A stretch of DNA of 64,000 nucleotides from Octopus bimaculoides (lineage: Eukaryota). A program made the position numbers and the translations under genes. The notes beneath the pieces were generated by a model. It was not told the DNA's origin. It did not search any database and was given only the letters and a program-made list of their open reading frames with translations. The number at the start of each line of letters is the position of its first letter. The first letter of the stretch is position 1. Below, piece by piece: positions 39,030-52,599 of the stretch. Location: NCBI RefSeq assembly GCF_001194135.2, contig NC_068988.1, positions 67,259,882 through 67,323,881 on the forward strand, in the 5' to 3' direction.

Positions 39030-40470
39030 GCACACAACGTCATTCACTAAGGTCACCAAACAGTTAAACACTGGCCGCCCTACCCCACAGAGAAAGGCGG
39101 CATGACGATCTTCGCAATGAACTCAGCTGACAGCCGGATCTGTCCTACATGTGAAAGCAGGCGTTCGACATAAACCCAGAAATTCTCGGGCGGAAAGCGT
39201 GCAAAACAGTTTGTTGTACGGTACTTTCATCCATGAGAGATTATTACGAACTTAGAATGCTCTTCGTTAGCCCTGTCGGGCCAGTGATTTCGGGAAATTA
39301 TCCATGGATCCCGCTCCGAAAGTACACCGGAATTGACCAGCCAGTTGTTTCTCATCGCTACTCAGAGTCTCCTCGAGAACATCGTCGCAGTTACTCGTCA
39401 CTAACTACTTTCTTAAACACCAAAGAGAAACTTCCACCGACAGCATTGTCCGACTGACAGAGGACTGAGAGTACCTGAAAAACTCTAGGTGCCAGACGTC
39501 CTGCCTTGGTCTACGCTTAATGCAGAACTGCGACGTAGTCAGAGACTTGCTGCCGAAGATCGAATCTGACGTACTGCGACTACATCAACTCAACGCCAAG
39601 GAAGCCCTGGGGATGCCACAGCTTCAGCTTGTCCATGCATGAGAAGCTACGGTATGCCCAAACCGCCATTGATCTTGTATTTACAGCAAATGGAGCTCTT
39701 CAGTTTGGTCAGACGCAAACAGCTTGAAGCAGGAGCATCGGGCGATAGTATATAACGGAGGCGATGTATGCGTTCGCAACCTATGCTCAAACTTTCAGAG
39801 ACAGCTTTCTCTCAGTTCATTTCTCGGTATGATATGCTCGCTTGCTCATCACCTCGTCCTAATTGTTTTTCACCTGGAGATCCAGGCTAACCCAAACCAC
39901 GAGAAATTTAACCGATCCCTCCATGCAGCGTTCGACGACCTCATTGAACGGTTTAGACCTACCTCTCCAAAATCCGTGCTACATACCCATTGACTTCTAT
40001 TGGTTAACTTTTGCACCTCTCACTGGTTCGTATTCTTTGAGCAGTGCTAATCAAGTTTCTGTACTTGGTGTTCGAAAATATAACGGTGACGTCGTCCGCA
40101 TATGCCATCACAGTTCCCGCACACCTCTGAAATTTCTACATAGTGGCTGTAGAGCCATTACGTTCTGAAAAGATGAGGGAGTGAACCCTTGACGGAACAA
40201 GTGCATGATAGTGGATGATTCCGATGGATAACCATTCACCCGAACCGCCGAGCATATACCATTGTACATTGCAGCAATCCAACTACGGAGAACGGGACCG
40301 AAACTGGCCGCCAAGTATTGGTGGTCGACCCTAAAGAAAGCTTTTGATTGATCCAAACAGATCATGCAAACTTCTTTACCCACCTTGCATATAGTGTAAC
40401 GCACGAGGTGTAGGTTATGTATATATGTTCTTGGGATGGTGCGTGTTTGCCCAACACCAATCATCTCCTA
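39030..40470 (-). mobile_element. Tx1/L1-type LINE RT fragment
   Basis: CLDQSKAFFRVDHQYLAASFGPVLRSWIAAMYNGICSAVRVNG...RQG (RT domains). It shares a 27/28-nt match with the 25480 copy (aacttccaccgacagcattgtccgactg). Confidence 0.85.
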
Positions 40471-40770
40471 AACGGCAGGGGCCAACCTTTTAACCAACAC
40501 CTAGGCCAAAATTTTAAAAATCTCTGTTGAGTAGAATTATGGGCCTAAAAGTTTTTATTTGATCTCCTAGATTGTTTTTCTCCTGTTCTGCTACTAGTTG
40601 AGGTAGGCATCTGCTGAAAGGCCGCCTAATACGTCTGACATATAAAGCTCGAAAGGCAGACTATCACAATCAGGAGGTTAGCACCCCCACCTTACCCGTG
40701 GAGCCCATCAATGCGTCCAGACGTTCTCCGGCTGAAACTGATCTAGATATTTTGAAAACTGGAGTATACG

Positions 40771-40809
<39 letters not shown>

Positions 40810-40811
40810 AC

Positions 40812-40849
<38 letters not shown>

Positions 40850-41633
40850 NNNNNNNNNNNNNNNNNNNNNNNNNNNNNNNNNNNNNNNNNNNNNNNNNNN
40901 NNNNNNNNNNNNNNNNNNNNNNNNNNNNNNNNNNNNNNNNNNNNNNNNNNNNNNNNNNNNNNNNNNNNNNNNNNNNNNNNNNNNNNNNNNNNNNNNNNNN
41001 NNNNNNNNNNNNNNNNNNNNNNNNNNNNNNNNNNNNNNNNNNNNNNNNNNNNNNNNNNNNNNNNNNNNNNNNNNNNNNNNNNNNNNNNNNNNNNNNNNNN
41101 NNNNNNNNNNNNNNNNNNNNNNNNNNNNNNNNNNNNNNNNNNNNNNNNNNNNNNNNNNNNNNNNNNNNNNNNNNNNNNNNNNNNNNNNNNNNNNNNNNNN
41201 NNNNNNNNNNNNNNNNNNNNNNNNNNNNNNNNNNNNNNNNNNNNNNNNNNNNNNNNNNNNNNNNNNNNNNNNNNNNNNNNNNNNNNNNNNNNNNNNNNNN
41301 NNNNNNNNNNNNNNNNNNNNNNNNNNNNNNNNNNNNNNNNNNNNNNNNNNNNNNNNNNNNNNNNNNNNNNNNNNNNNNNNNNNNNNNNNNNNNNNNNNNN
41401 NNNNNNNNNNNNNNNNNNNNNNNNNNNNNNNNNNNNNNNNNNNNNNNNNNNNNNNNNNNNNNNNNNNNNNNNNNNNNNNNNNNNNNNNNNNNNNNNNNNN
41501 NNNNNNNNNNNNNNNNNNNNNNNNNNNNNNNNNNNNNNNNNNNNNNNNNNNNNNNNNNNNNNNNNNNNNNNNNNNNNNNNNNNNNNNNNNNNNNNNNNNN
41601 NNNNNNNNNNNNNNNNNNNNNNNNNNNNNNNNN
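40850..41633. other. Assembly gap (N)
   Basis: Run of N. Smaller gaps: 21352-21383, 26629-26638, 29711-29720, 36410-36560, 46079-46241, 47603-47612, 55259-55318. Confidence 0.99.
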
Positions 41634-41691
41634 ATATATATATATACATACATACATGTACATATATACGTATATATAAATACATAAATGC

Positions 41692-41727
<36 letters not shown>

Positions 41728-41799
41728 CCAGAAAAATGCATACATACATGCATAAGCACACACACACAAATATATATATATAGTTGAAATTTACAAAAC

Positions 41800-42420
41800 A
41801 ACATTAGATGAAGGCAAGTGTATAAACGACAAGGAGGTGTATTAGTTTGACGCTCGGGAAAGTGAGAAAGTCTTTTACGTTTCGAGCCTACGCTCTTCAG
41901 CCGGAAGGAACATGAAGGAATAAACAAAGAGAATTTAAAAAAAAATGTGGTTTTAGCGATAAATGATGGTGACTCGTTGGTTAAAAGTACCTGGATAGGA
42001 GAGCTACGAAGAAGGGGAGATAATAACGTACTGGTGATCCCAAAACGAAGGTGCGCGTGCATATGTGTATGTGAGAGTGGGAGCGTGCGTGTGGGTTCGC
42101 GGATGATAGTGTGTGGTGTGATGATACACACACACAAATACAAGACTATAGAGAAATACTTGCTGTAAGAAACACAATTCCCTATCTTGTGAGAGCGGTT
42201 TCTCTCAATATTTGTGTGACTGAAAAGAAATATCGATCCATATAATAACTTAGAATAAGGTGAGATTGCATTTGTTCCCACACACAACCTATGATGTGAA
42301 TAGGCTGCCGTAATGTAAGAATCGGTCTTTTTACTTCTTTGGTGAGAAGAGATCGAATAAAATGTCTGTTCTGTCTGCAAGGAAATTAACTTCGATTCGT
42401 TTATCAATACAAATTACAAT
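41800..42420 (-). mobile_element. Second Penelope-like remnant (RT thumb, ORF end, pLTR)
   Basis: KKTDSYITAAYSHHRLCVGTNAISPYSKLL resembles KPTDSHSYLxxxSxHPxHTKxAIPYSQxL. The ORF-end-like ESPSFI is followed by a hammerhead-like core at 41876-41900. Confidence 0.6.
41876..41900 (-). ncRNA. Hammerhead-ribozyme core-like motif (minimal type I)
   Basis: Minus strand CTGAAGA-GCGTAGGCTC-GAAA-CGTA: CUGANGA, short stem II, GAAA, palindromic ACGU stem III and a GUA triplet. Stem I pairing is not evident in this copy. Confidence 0.45.
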
Positions 42421-43079
42421 TTTTTTCAACTTGCTTTCACTCAGAATCCTCGTTCGATAATGTAGGTACCAGGAACCGTGTTTCACGAGAATAATCACCA
42501 ATTTCTTAACATTTTCCCGAAAAATCACCATCACCTTCATGACAAAGGAGTCTGCTATAAATCCATTATTTGTCCATGCAACAAAGTGCTTATTAATATT
42601 ATTTGTTTCCTTCCATATCATTGGATTTTATCAGAGTTCAGCAGTTAGCCATCAGCTGGTTCCACAGAGTGCAACATACTATAGAATAGTTGCATGCTCG
42701 AGTAATAGCAATAAAGAAACCGTTATCGAGAAAATCGTGCATTTTCTATATTTTAGTTAGGTTCCAGCATCTATTATAACATAGTTAATTCTTCACAGGA
42801 GACCAAATTTGAATATAACTCAATCATAGCGTAAGAATTAATTACATTCAACTGTTAGCTATTTATTATAAGCTTGCATGTATATATTCTCTGTACATTA
42901 TAAGCATTGACAATTGAGAGATATGCAGTTGTGAAGCAACGGTTAACCGCCTTATATCTGTAACTAGCATCCTGTTATTGACCGGTATTCATCCGATTTT
43001 TCCAATAATTATGCAACGCGAAGCTGATATATTCTCTTCTAGTTAAATCCTAATATCCAGCATCACGAATTCCTTAATG

Positions 43080-44580
43080 CAAGCGTTGGTCTGGGGGCTT
43101 TACCGTGGTCAGTGACATCACGGGAACAACAGAAGAGCCTACCGGAAGGGTTATAGAAACAAAGGTCAAGTGAGCGGAGGGACGACTAGCGAGGGCCGCT
43201 TTACTTATAGGGCAGTCGCTCGTGACATGCTGTGGTCGCGAAAGTAAGGGAAATTTGTCTAGGTTCTGGCCAGAGGATAGGCAGGTAGGGTTCTTACGGG
43301 CCTACCCCAGCTGGAAAGTATCGACGTTACGAGAGGACCCGGGATATAGATGAGCGAAAAGTCGGGTGGAACGCTGTGGGACTAGCAGATACAGAAGATT
43401 AGAGCTTAAGGCGGTAATCAACGAATGAGAATGAGTGAAGAGCGTTTGGGGAGCCACCACTAGTTTTTTTAGGCCAATGTTGTAGATGTCAGCATCCGCA
43501 CATGACAAGGGACTGCTGGGGTGGGTGCCACTCGAACTAATATGCTACAGTGAGGGATATGATCAAAAGAGTACCACGGCTCTACTAGCTATCCCTGGAA
43601 GTAGAGATGATCGTGCAGTCGCTGTCTATAGTGGGAGTCCTGGATAGAGGAAAGGTGTTAAAACCCTCTGGAACACGGGCTGCACAACGGAATTAGGTGT
43701 TTAAAAGGGGAACAGGATGAGTAGTGTAAGGGCAGTTGATGGCACAGAGATTAGATATAGATGTAGTAGTGAAGTGGAGGTCGTGATGGTGAGTGAAGCG
43801 CAAGTAGAATAAGGTTGCAAAGAATTGTTGCAGGAGAGCTGAGAGAGACGTGCTACTTACACCATCGTAGACATGATTTTCGGGAAGTGTTCGACGATAA
43901 GCGATGGACAGTTGAGTGACTGTTGAAAGGAGAGACTCCGACGTTGAGGCATAATGTAACCTATTATTAGTATAACCTGAAGTATGATACCGGGAACGAA
44001 TTCGAGGTAAACGTGGACAGATGTATCGCGGAGGAGGAGGAGGCGGTTACGAGCGGAGTGTTGTCACTAACGATAGTGGTGCAGCCAACGAAAAACCAGC
44101 TCAGGCCATTATTAGAATTTGGGAAACTGAACAACAGCGTATCTTGCTACGCGGGCAGCACACCGGCCGATTTCTGCGAGCAAACATTGTGAGAACGGAG
44201 ACAGAGGACGAAGGCTTCCACAATCGTCGGCTCAAAGTCATATCTGCTGATAAACAATGGAAGTATCAGTTGCTAAGATATAAAGACCAGACATATTGTT
44301 TGACCAGGCTGAGTTGCGAGCTGAATTCATCACCAAAGATCATAGCGACGGTTCTCAAGTGTGTTCTAAGGAAGATAAACAAAATGAAAAAGGTCACGAA
44401 GTTCCATATTGACATCTTAGTGGACGAACCCATGGTGACGGCAACAGAAATCATAGATCACCTATAGAAGTTCGGACTCACCGTGAAACCGCCGAGGGTG
44501 ATGGAAGGTAGAACTGCACTGAGGCTCAATGTGCAAAAACACAATTTGGGCCTGTTGATATATCCGTAAGTAGACACCTA
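43080..44580 (-). mobile_element. Decayed I/Nimb-like LINE (end of ORF1 and APE endonuclease)
   Basis: GC-richer block. Minus-strand peptide ARVPEGFNTFPLSRTPTIDSDCTIISTSRDS**SRGTLLIISLTVAY, then HLDLCF and TDH (SDH-like). Upstream cysteine-rich, gag-like segment. Confidence 0.5.
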
Positions 44581-46241
44581 TGCATCGCTCTGTATAAGTA
44601 TGTTTATTTTCCTTTCAACAGTACAAACCATAGAGAGTAAGTTTCAATACGAGTACGTAGTGAAGTATGACAAAAGTGATGATTAAAAATTTGTAATTTT
44701 AAGGGGAGTCGCGGAAAATGCTTAGAAAGAGGTGCTTTAGCAACGGCATAGCTGTAATAGCTGAAGAATACAAAAAAGGTTAGAGAGGGAAAACGAAAGT
44801 GCAGAAAAAAATAACAGGTTGCAAAGCCGTGTTGAATATGTAGTCAAGGTTTTATGCCGTACGCCACTGTAAGAACATTGAATTCAAACAGTTGGAAAAA
44901 AAAACCCTCAAAAGACAAAAAACTGAAGCAAATTAAAGTGCTAGTCGTATATTAATGTTAATGACGCTGAAACAGCATCTATAATCATTCCAGTCTCAGA
45001 CAGAGAATATTCACACAGTAGGTGTGTCAGAATTTTACAGGTGAAGTTCTTCTGAAAGCATTGGGAATAAAAACACCGGACTGGTTGAAATGTTTACAAG
45101 AGATTGAATAGTTTTAAGAAACGCTTAATGTGATGATTGTAGGAGTGGTGTAAGAACAGTTGGCAAGTTAAGAGGAAATTAGCTTTATTAAATCGTACAT
45201 CTCATCTCACTTCATTCTGTAAGTGACAATATTTTGTCTGCTCCTGAGAATCGTTTTATGAAAATTTCCTAACCGATTCGTGAAGTGTGTTTAAAACACA
45301 CAGGGATATGCAACAGGATTACTAGGTTGTTCCCATACCCTATTTGCGACCCTAATTCTTGACTCTAAAACACAAAAAAAAAAAAATGAGCGTTGTTAGA
45401 TTTACGATGTACACAACAACTGTTTATAATAAGAAAATATATGCAATTCAAAATGTGACATAGATTTCGTAGTATTGATAGGATGCATGACAGAAAGAAA
45501 GGAAATATTTCTGAGTACTGTAAATATCCAGAAGAGATGCACACAAAAATGTAATTTCAAATATATTAACCTGCAAATATTTTAGACGAAAAACCATAAT
45601 GTCACACGTCTTATCGTAATAAGTATAGATAGCGTGCCAGGGAGAAAATTCAAACGGTTTGGAAACAGAACTATTCAAATAAAAATTAAATAGTTGATCA
45701 TGTAACAACACACCTCCTGCTATTTCATATCAGAAATTTAAAGTACACAGGAAATTAGCCATTTCATCATCTGTAGAAAGATTGGAGCGGTGCCAGAAAG
45801 TAAAAAAACTTGCTATATTATTGGAAAAACCTAGAAAACTTGAATGACATTATGAAACATCAATGGAATATTAACTTTACTTTTCTCAATATATGTCTTC
45901 CTGTAATAAATTTCAACCTATTTGCATATATGCAAATTCATTCCACTTATGATTATAGCATTGAAATATTATTTTCCACTTAAAGACATACTCAAGTTTC
46001 AAATACAGTGGATATAATTCATACTGCTGGCAGATAAATTCTAGCTATCTATCTATCTATAATGCATCCCTCTCATCTNNNNNNNNNNNNNNNNNNNNNN
46101 NNNNNNNNNNNNNNNNNNNNNNNNNNNNNNNNNNNNNNNNNNNNNNNNNNNNNNNNNNNNNNNNNNNNNNNNNNNNNNNNNNNNNNNNNNNNNNNNNNNN
46201 NNNNNNNNNNNNNNNNNNNNNNNNNNNNNNNNNNNNNNNNN

Positions 46242-46285
<44 letters not shown>

Positions 46286-46513
46286 CATACATAATAGCAT
46301 TGTAATTATGCATGAGGATATATGAACATATAAAATGTAAATTCAACTGTTTGTAAATACATGTGTAGGTATGTATGTATGTATGCATGCATGTATGCAT
46401 GTATGTATGTATGTATGTATGTATGTAGGGCTAGCTACATAGATAGATTTAAAATATATGCACCATATATACAAAAATGTAAATGCATATATATTCAAAG
46501 CTGTAGGTATGTA

Positions 46514-47197
46514 CAAAGTGCGGTGATTATATTGCCGTCTAAATTACGCAAAAATGACGACTTTGACCTCTCCTGCGACTCTTCTGGACGTTCTCATTTT
46601 TAAGTTGGTGAATGCTGCCATAATCTTTGTCTTCAGTTCATCTTAGGTGTTATAAGGAGTTTTCTAAGTCCCTCGCTCAACTGCACCCTACACGTAATAA
46701 TCATAGTGGTTGCAGTCTAGGGATTTCGGTGGTCAGATGTTAGGGGTGATGTGGTCGCAGAAATTGCCTGACAGCCATGACTGGGGCCTGCCGCTTGTGT
46801 GGCATGGCGTAGAGACCTGTTGTCTGACATAGGGTCTTCCAGCAGCCACCCTTTTGACCCAGGGCAGCAGTACCTCCTCCAGGCACTTGATGTGAGCCTC
46901 GGTGTTGTGTGTGAGGTTGTGTCTGAAGATGAATGAAGGCATAACGTCGCCATCAGTACTAATCACTCCAAACATCATGATGTTGAATGGATCTTTGATT
47001 TTCATCACTCTAGGTACATGTAATAGAGGACACGGGAAGCTAACGGTTGTTCTGTGGGTTCACAATCTGTTCATATTGTAGCGTCCGGCGCGAATGCCAA
47101 GGAGGGCAGCATGTCGTTTCAGAATCTCTAGTGGAATGAGTTGCGCATGCGCAAAATAAAATGTATAAAATGGCACCAATTTACCCATTGCCCCTTG
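46514..47197 (-). mobile_element. Complete non-autonomous maT/DD37D-like element (684 bp)
   Basis: TA on both sides and TIRs caaagtgcggtgattatattgccgtc / caaggggcaatgggtaaattggtgcc. Peptide DPFNIMMFGVISTDGDVMPSF...KCLEEVLLPWVKRVAAGRPYVRQQVSTPCHTS. Same family as the copy at 17066. Confidence 0.88.
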
Positions 47198-47199
47198 TA

Positions 47200-47222
47200 T
47201 ATATGTATGTGTGCATACATAC

Positions 47223-47257
<35 letters not shown>

Positions 47258-47612
47258 CTCACACACAGACATTGCAATGCATAACCCACACGCACACAGA
47301 CACACATATGTATATATAGATAAATAGAAAGAAAAAGAGGATGAGACAATGAGAAACATATAAGACGTTTATAAACATAAATGCATACATAACATGCATA
47401 TATCTATCTATATATATATATGTATGTATGTATATATATATGTATATATATATACATATATATATATATGTATATACGTATATATATATATATTCACATA
47501 CATGCATATACATATATATACACACACATATATATACTCATATATATACACGCACATATATATACACATACATATATACATACATATATATATATATATA
47601 TANNNNNNNNNN

Positions 47613-47650
<38 letters not shown>
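47200..47650. repeat. Degenerate (AT)n/(TACA)n/(CA)n low-complexity tract
   Basis: Direct reading. It produces the YI-repeat pseudo-ORFs. Confidence 0.9.
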
Positions 47651-47651
<1 letters not shown>

Positions 47652-48661
47652 TAAGAAATTATATTGCGCCGTGTATGCATTACAGATATTCTCTTATATC
47701 AGACATCAATATAGATTGACTATTTAGATTTCTAAAACTACAAAATCACTAGCATAAACATGCGCATATCTGCGTCTCGCGTGTGATTTCAAAGTGAGTT
47801 CTTTTGTTGTCTTGTACATCTGTTTTTACTCGTTTATGTAAAGTATATGTGTATGTGTGTGTGCGTGCGCTTATGCTTGTGTTTGTCTGTGTGTGTGTTT
47901 GCGTGTGTAAGTACACGTATATATCCACATGTGATGACTCGAATAAACATATATCGAAATTATGAGCTAATAGTATACGCTAAAGCGTATGCGTTTCCAC
48001 TTCTAAGTGTAAGCTCATGAATATATACGCATGTATATGTAATTCTACGGTACGTATTTCGATTTATATCCTTGAATATAATTGCCGCGCCCTATGTTCT
48101 CTTCTGCACGGTTGTGGATATCATCGATCTTCACTATAAAAATATGTTCTTTTATATATCTCTGGCTTTACTACAGTGTTAAGCGTAATGATTCAGACTA
48201 GAAATTGTTTTCCTATTGTAATAACTTCTTCTAAATATATTGTGATGCAATCTAGACTATTAGACATATTCTATAATGGTAAGATAATCAACTGCCACAA
48301 AAAGTGTTTGAATTTTGACTCCTTATTTCTGTATTCCATCCATTATTCTATTATTTCTTTATTTTCAGTTTTCCCTTTGGTATTCAGCTGATATAAGTGT
48401 GAACTGAGACCAATAGCTTAAATGTAAATATCATCCCTGATGTAAGCGTCCGATCGAATTATACAAGTAAGAATTGAAGTAAAAAATATCCAAACCTCTG
48501 TAAGAAAAGGATTTTGTCATATCAGCTGATATTCCTTTCGCTTATCTTTATATGTAGACACATACAGCACACACACACACATATATATATATATCATTAC
48601 TAAAAGAAAATATACTACATGTGTCTTTATATATATATAAATGCTATAACTTTATATACAC

Positions 48662-48932
48662 AGCGTTGGCGTAGCTGTGTGGTAAGAAGCTTGCTTCCCA
48701 ACCACGTGGTTGTGGGTTCGGTCCGACTGCCTGCCGCCTTGGACAAGTTTCTTCTACAACTGCCTCGGGCCGACTAAACCCTCTGAGCGAATTTGGTTGA
48801 CGGAAACGGAAAAAAATGTATGTATTTGTGTCTGTGTTTTCCACCCCACTATCATTTGACAACCGATGTTGGTGTGTTTAACTCCCCGTCAATTAGCAGT
48901 TCGGCAAAGAGACCGATAAAATAAGTACTAGG
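48662..48932 (+). mobile_element. Long SINE, 3'-truncated
   Basis: ggcgtagctgtgtggtaagaagcttgcttcccaaccacg...gttcggcaaagagaccgataaaataagtactagg. Confidence 0.8.
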
Positions 48933-49094
48933 GACATGGTGGGCGTTGGAATGAATTGACCGTAGAGTATAAAGAGTCGGGAGAATCGCTGCTATTTATG
49001 CTCTTCAAAGTGCTAACGACTCTAGCAGTTCACCGTGATAAACAATAACAACACCATCAACACCACCAACACCACTACCATCACCACCACCATT

Positions 49095-49554
49095 AATTTG
49101 GTATAAAAGAAGGGCGACAGCAAATATTCTGCTTAATACCATAGATTTGCTTGTCAGTTGTTTGACCTTAACCAGTTGAGCATTTCCCTTGGTGGCTGAC
49201 GATATGTGCATCTCTAATCATGAGCAGAAATAGTGGGGGAGCACCATAGCCCTGTGTTGAGAGGAATTCTTCGGGGGTTGAATAATTCACTTTTGAAAAC
49301 ATGGGTGTTTTGCTCAACATCCTTAAACAAACCTTATTCAGGGACCTTTTGAGTGGGATGGGCTACTCGACCTGAAGAAAATTCTAACTGGTACCCACCT
49401 GCGAGTTTCTGCGCTGTTTATCTTGATATAAGATCACCATGTCACGCACATATGGTTGTGATGCATATGCCTGGTGTAACCTTATCAGACGGGTAGTCAT
49501 GATGGGTATACTGAGCTTCGTATATTTTACCCCAGTGTCACTTTGATGGCATGC

Positions 49555-49606
<52 letters not shown>

Positions 49607-49620
49607 TAATAATAATAATA
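49095..49620 (+). mobile_element. Unclassified interspersed repeat ending in a (TAA)n tail
   Basis: GC-richer block ending ccccagtgtcactttgatggcatgca(taa)n. Its segment at about 49398-49500 recurs at about 52515-52610. Confidence 0.55.
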
Positions 49621-51215
49621 TAGTATCGATATATGATTCCGAAAGAGCCCAAAGAGAAGGAAGAAAAACATTCTGTATTTGACTTGTATTTTATATATCG
49701 ACTGAGGAATGATGAAAGGACAATTTAACTTCGGCTGGATTTGAACGTTAACAATCTGACCTGAACAATTGAAAAGTAAAGCTCAAATAATTCTACCAAT
49801 CCACTGATTTTTAAGTCCATAGCATTTCTGATTCACATTTTTCAGCAAATACATCACATTCAGAAAAGAATACTAAATTAACTTCTGTAGTATATCCAGT
49901 GCTGCTTCCCATGTGTTCTATATATCTACCATCCTATTTTATTTTGCATCTAAATTATTTACAACTATTTTGGTTCAAACCTAATGCCTCGCATTCTCGC
50001 CGCCAGAATCTGCAGCAATTTGTGTTAACGACAGTCACATTATCAACAGCCAATGTGACTTGTTTCTGAAACATTATCTTTCTACGCAGGATAAAGCTAC
50101 TCAATAAAACCTTGGGGAAAATTTCCTAAAATGACAGCTTCACACTTGTTGAAACGAGAAAAGAATATGTATTAGATTTCTCTTGCATATGAAATAGAAA
50201 AATATCTTACTTTAAGAAAAATACAGTAATACAAAAATGATGCTTCCTCGCCTTTTCTACATTTAAGTTGTAAAGTGTCTTTTAAATTTTTGCTCGAGAC
50301 AAAAATTATTCCATAGAAAAGAATGTATTGGACACAGTAGTTGCTCAAATATGCAATATATATACGTAGGATGTTCTAGATAGGGCGCTGTTTATAAAAT
50401 GTTGATGTGGATGAATGTTGTTCCGGATCTGTGGCGCACCACGAACAACAACAACAACAAATTGGTATGATGCAAAGAAATTAATTATCATAAAAATGTA
50501 AGGGAGAATTATGAAGAATGATAATTATCAATGCTGGAATACGGGAATGTTCTGAAAATCTGAAACGTAGACAATGAAATAGTTCATTAATAAATGAGAC
50601 TCTGCTTTAATAATGTATTGACTTCTTTTCTCATTATTGAACTGTTCCCTGTTTATTTTGACACATTGCTGTTAGCGTGAAAAGATTTTCGGCAAATGTT
50701 ATCAAAAAATCTGAATGGTTAATTATCAATTCCACAGAGTCGTTAGAAATGTAAATTGTTTTCCTAAAGTTCCTCTTAAATAAAATTAGTTACGCATAAT
50801 CACTCAAGATGAACGAGCTGGGATTTTTAAGTTTTAGAAAAGGAGGAATATTCAATAGAAATGACTAAGAAAGATATATTTACTATTGAATTCGAATAAA
50901 TGATAAGCGTTGCTATTATATAAGGATGAACAGTGTCAATATTGTCATGACCTTCATAGAAAAGTATTATGAAGAGTGATTTTAAGGAAATGATTCATAT
51001 TTTTAAATATCATTTGGTGACACTTCAGAGAGGATCCAGTTTTACATCCGGAGCATCTAGGAATAGCAACTACTTCTACCTCATATAAAACGAGCAAACC
51101 CGCTAACAATATCAACTGCCTGTGTCTCATAACACACTCAATTATTATTAATAAGAAAATAACATATATGTTCATGTATATATGTACAAATATATACATA
51201 TAAACACGCACACAC

Positions 51216-51309
<94 letters not shown>

Positions 51310-52599
51310 GATCCAAGGATCGAGGTGTAGGAAGACAGTTAGCTTCAAGCAATCCAGAGTAAATATAAAAAACAACTTTCAGGGACAAAAGTGGTTTATT
51401 GAGACGAAATATTGTGGATATTTTTCGTATCAAAGTACGATCAACTAAAAAAAAGTTGTTTTTATATTTCCCGGTAGGCGACCACGCTTTCCGGGTATGC
51501 GATTAAGTGAAGGTTTACATTGTCGGAAAGTGGTATATGTTAACATATAGAAGATTCAATCAGAATGCTAACACATGGAAAATTCAATGAAGATATTCTT
51601 GGCCTGAAGAGTAGCCTGGTGTATAAACCTCGCTTGTATATTTACCACTTCCGAAGTTCCACTCGCTATGAAGCATATGTAGCCCGGATCTTATCTACTC
51701 CATTTCTTAACTCTTGAATAAATGTAGTACAATAAAAAAAGACGAGTACTCCTATAACAGACACAAATCACAGCTGAAATGTCTTTCATCCTAAATATAC
51801 ACGATCGGATTCAACGTAAGACTAAAAGAAGTAACCACCACGTCCAATTTGAAATGAAACAAACGTAATCCTTTTTTAGCCTAAATGAATAATTAAAATA
51901 TATTCGTTATTCTATCATTAAAGATTGTAGTTCTAATTGAGTGACAATTATATCAATCGCGGTATTAATTACCGACAGCACAGATTAATCAATCATACTT
52001 CGAATGTGTATGACGAACTAATAATTATAGCAACTAGCGGAACTCATGAATGTTTCATGGAATTAATGGGTTATTTCTGAAAACTTTATCCGAAAAGCCT
52101 GAAAGCGTAGTCTGTGTTGTGCCTGTTTCAAAAGATAGTGACTAATCTGCTACTCATTGAAACGTGAATGAAATTGGAATATGATGATTTCTTAATGCAA
52201 TTTATATATACATTTTATATACTTTATGTACAATTTTATAGACTTAATAAACAGCAATGTCCTTCTTTCTCTTTCACTCTTACACTTACACTCATTTTCT
52301 CTCCTTTTCTTTCCCCCTCTTTTGCTTTCGCTCTTCCCTTCAACTAATAATGTTACAGACGGTCTAAGTAACGGAAGAAACAAAACCTAGACTTAAAAAA
52401 ATTACACATTTCACTCATCACCCCTTCTCCCTCTAGAAAGTTTGTCCATCATCATTAATTAACCTTTATTTGGGGACCTTTTAAATGGGATAGTCTACTA
52501 GGCCTGTTAACAATTTCAACTAACCTGCAAGGTCATGCGCTGTTTACCATATCAGGTCACCATGTCACCCACATATGGTTGTGATAAATGTGCCTGGTG

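Noticed and set aside
40697-40760. Putative exon (tttcag|...|gtaagg) on the minus strand
   Set aside because: None of the three frames gives a recognisable peptide, and it is adjacent to a microsatellite and a gap.
40670-42407. Long ORFs (321-554 aa) in the track
   Set aside because: They run through the 784-nt N-gap and microsatellites. Only the start of the 554-aa ORF is meaningful, as a Penelope remnant.
51523-51654. Short inverted repeat with a CTGAAGA word
   Set aside because: The arms are only about 15 bp with indels, and there is no GAAA at a hammerhead-compatible distance.
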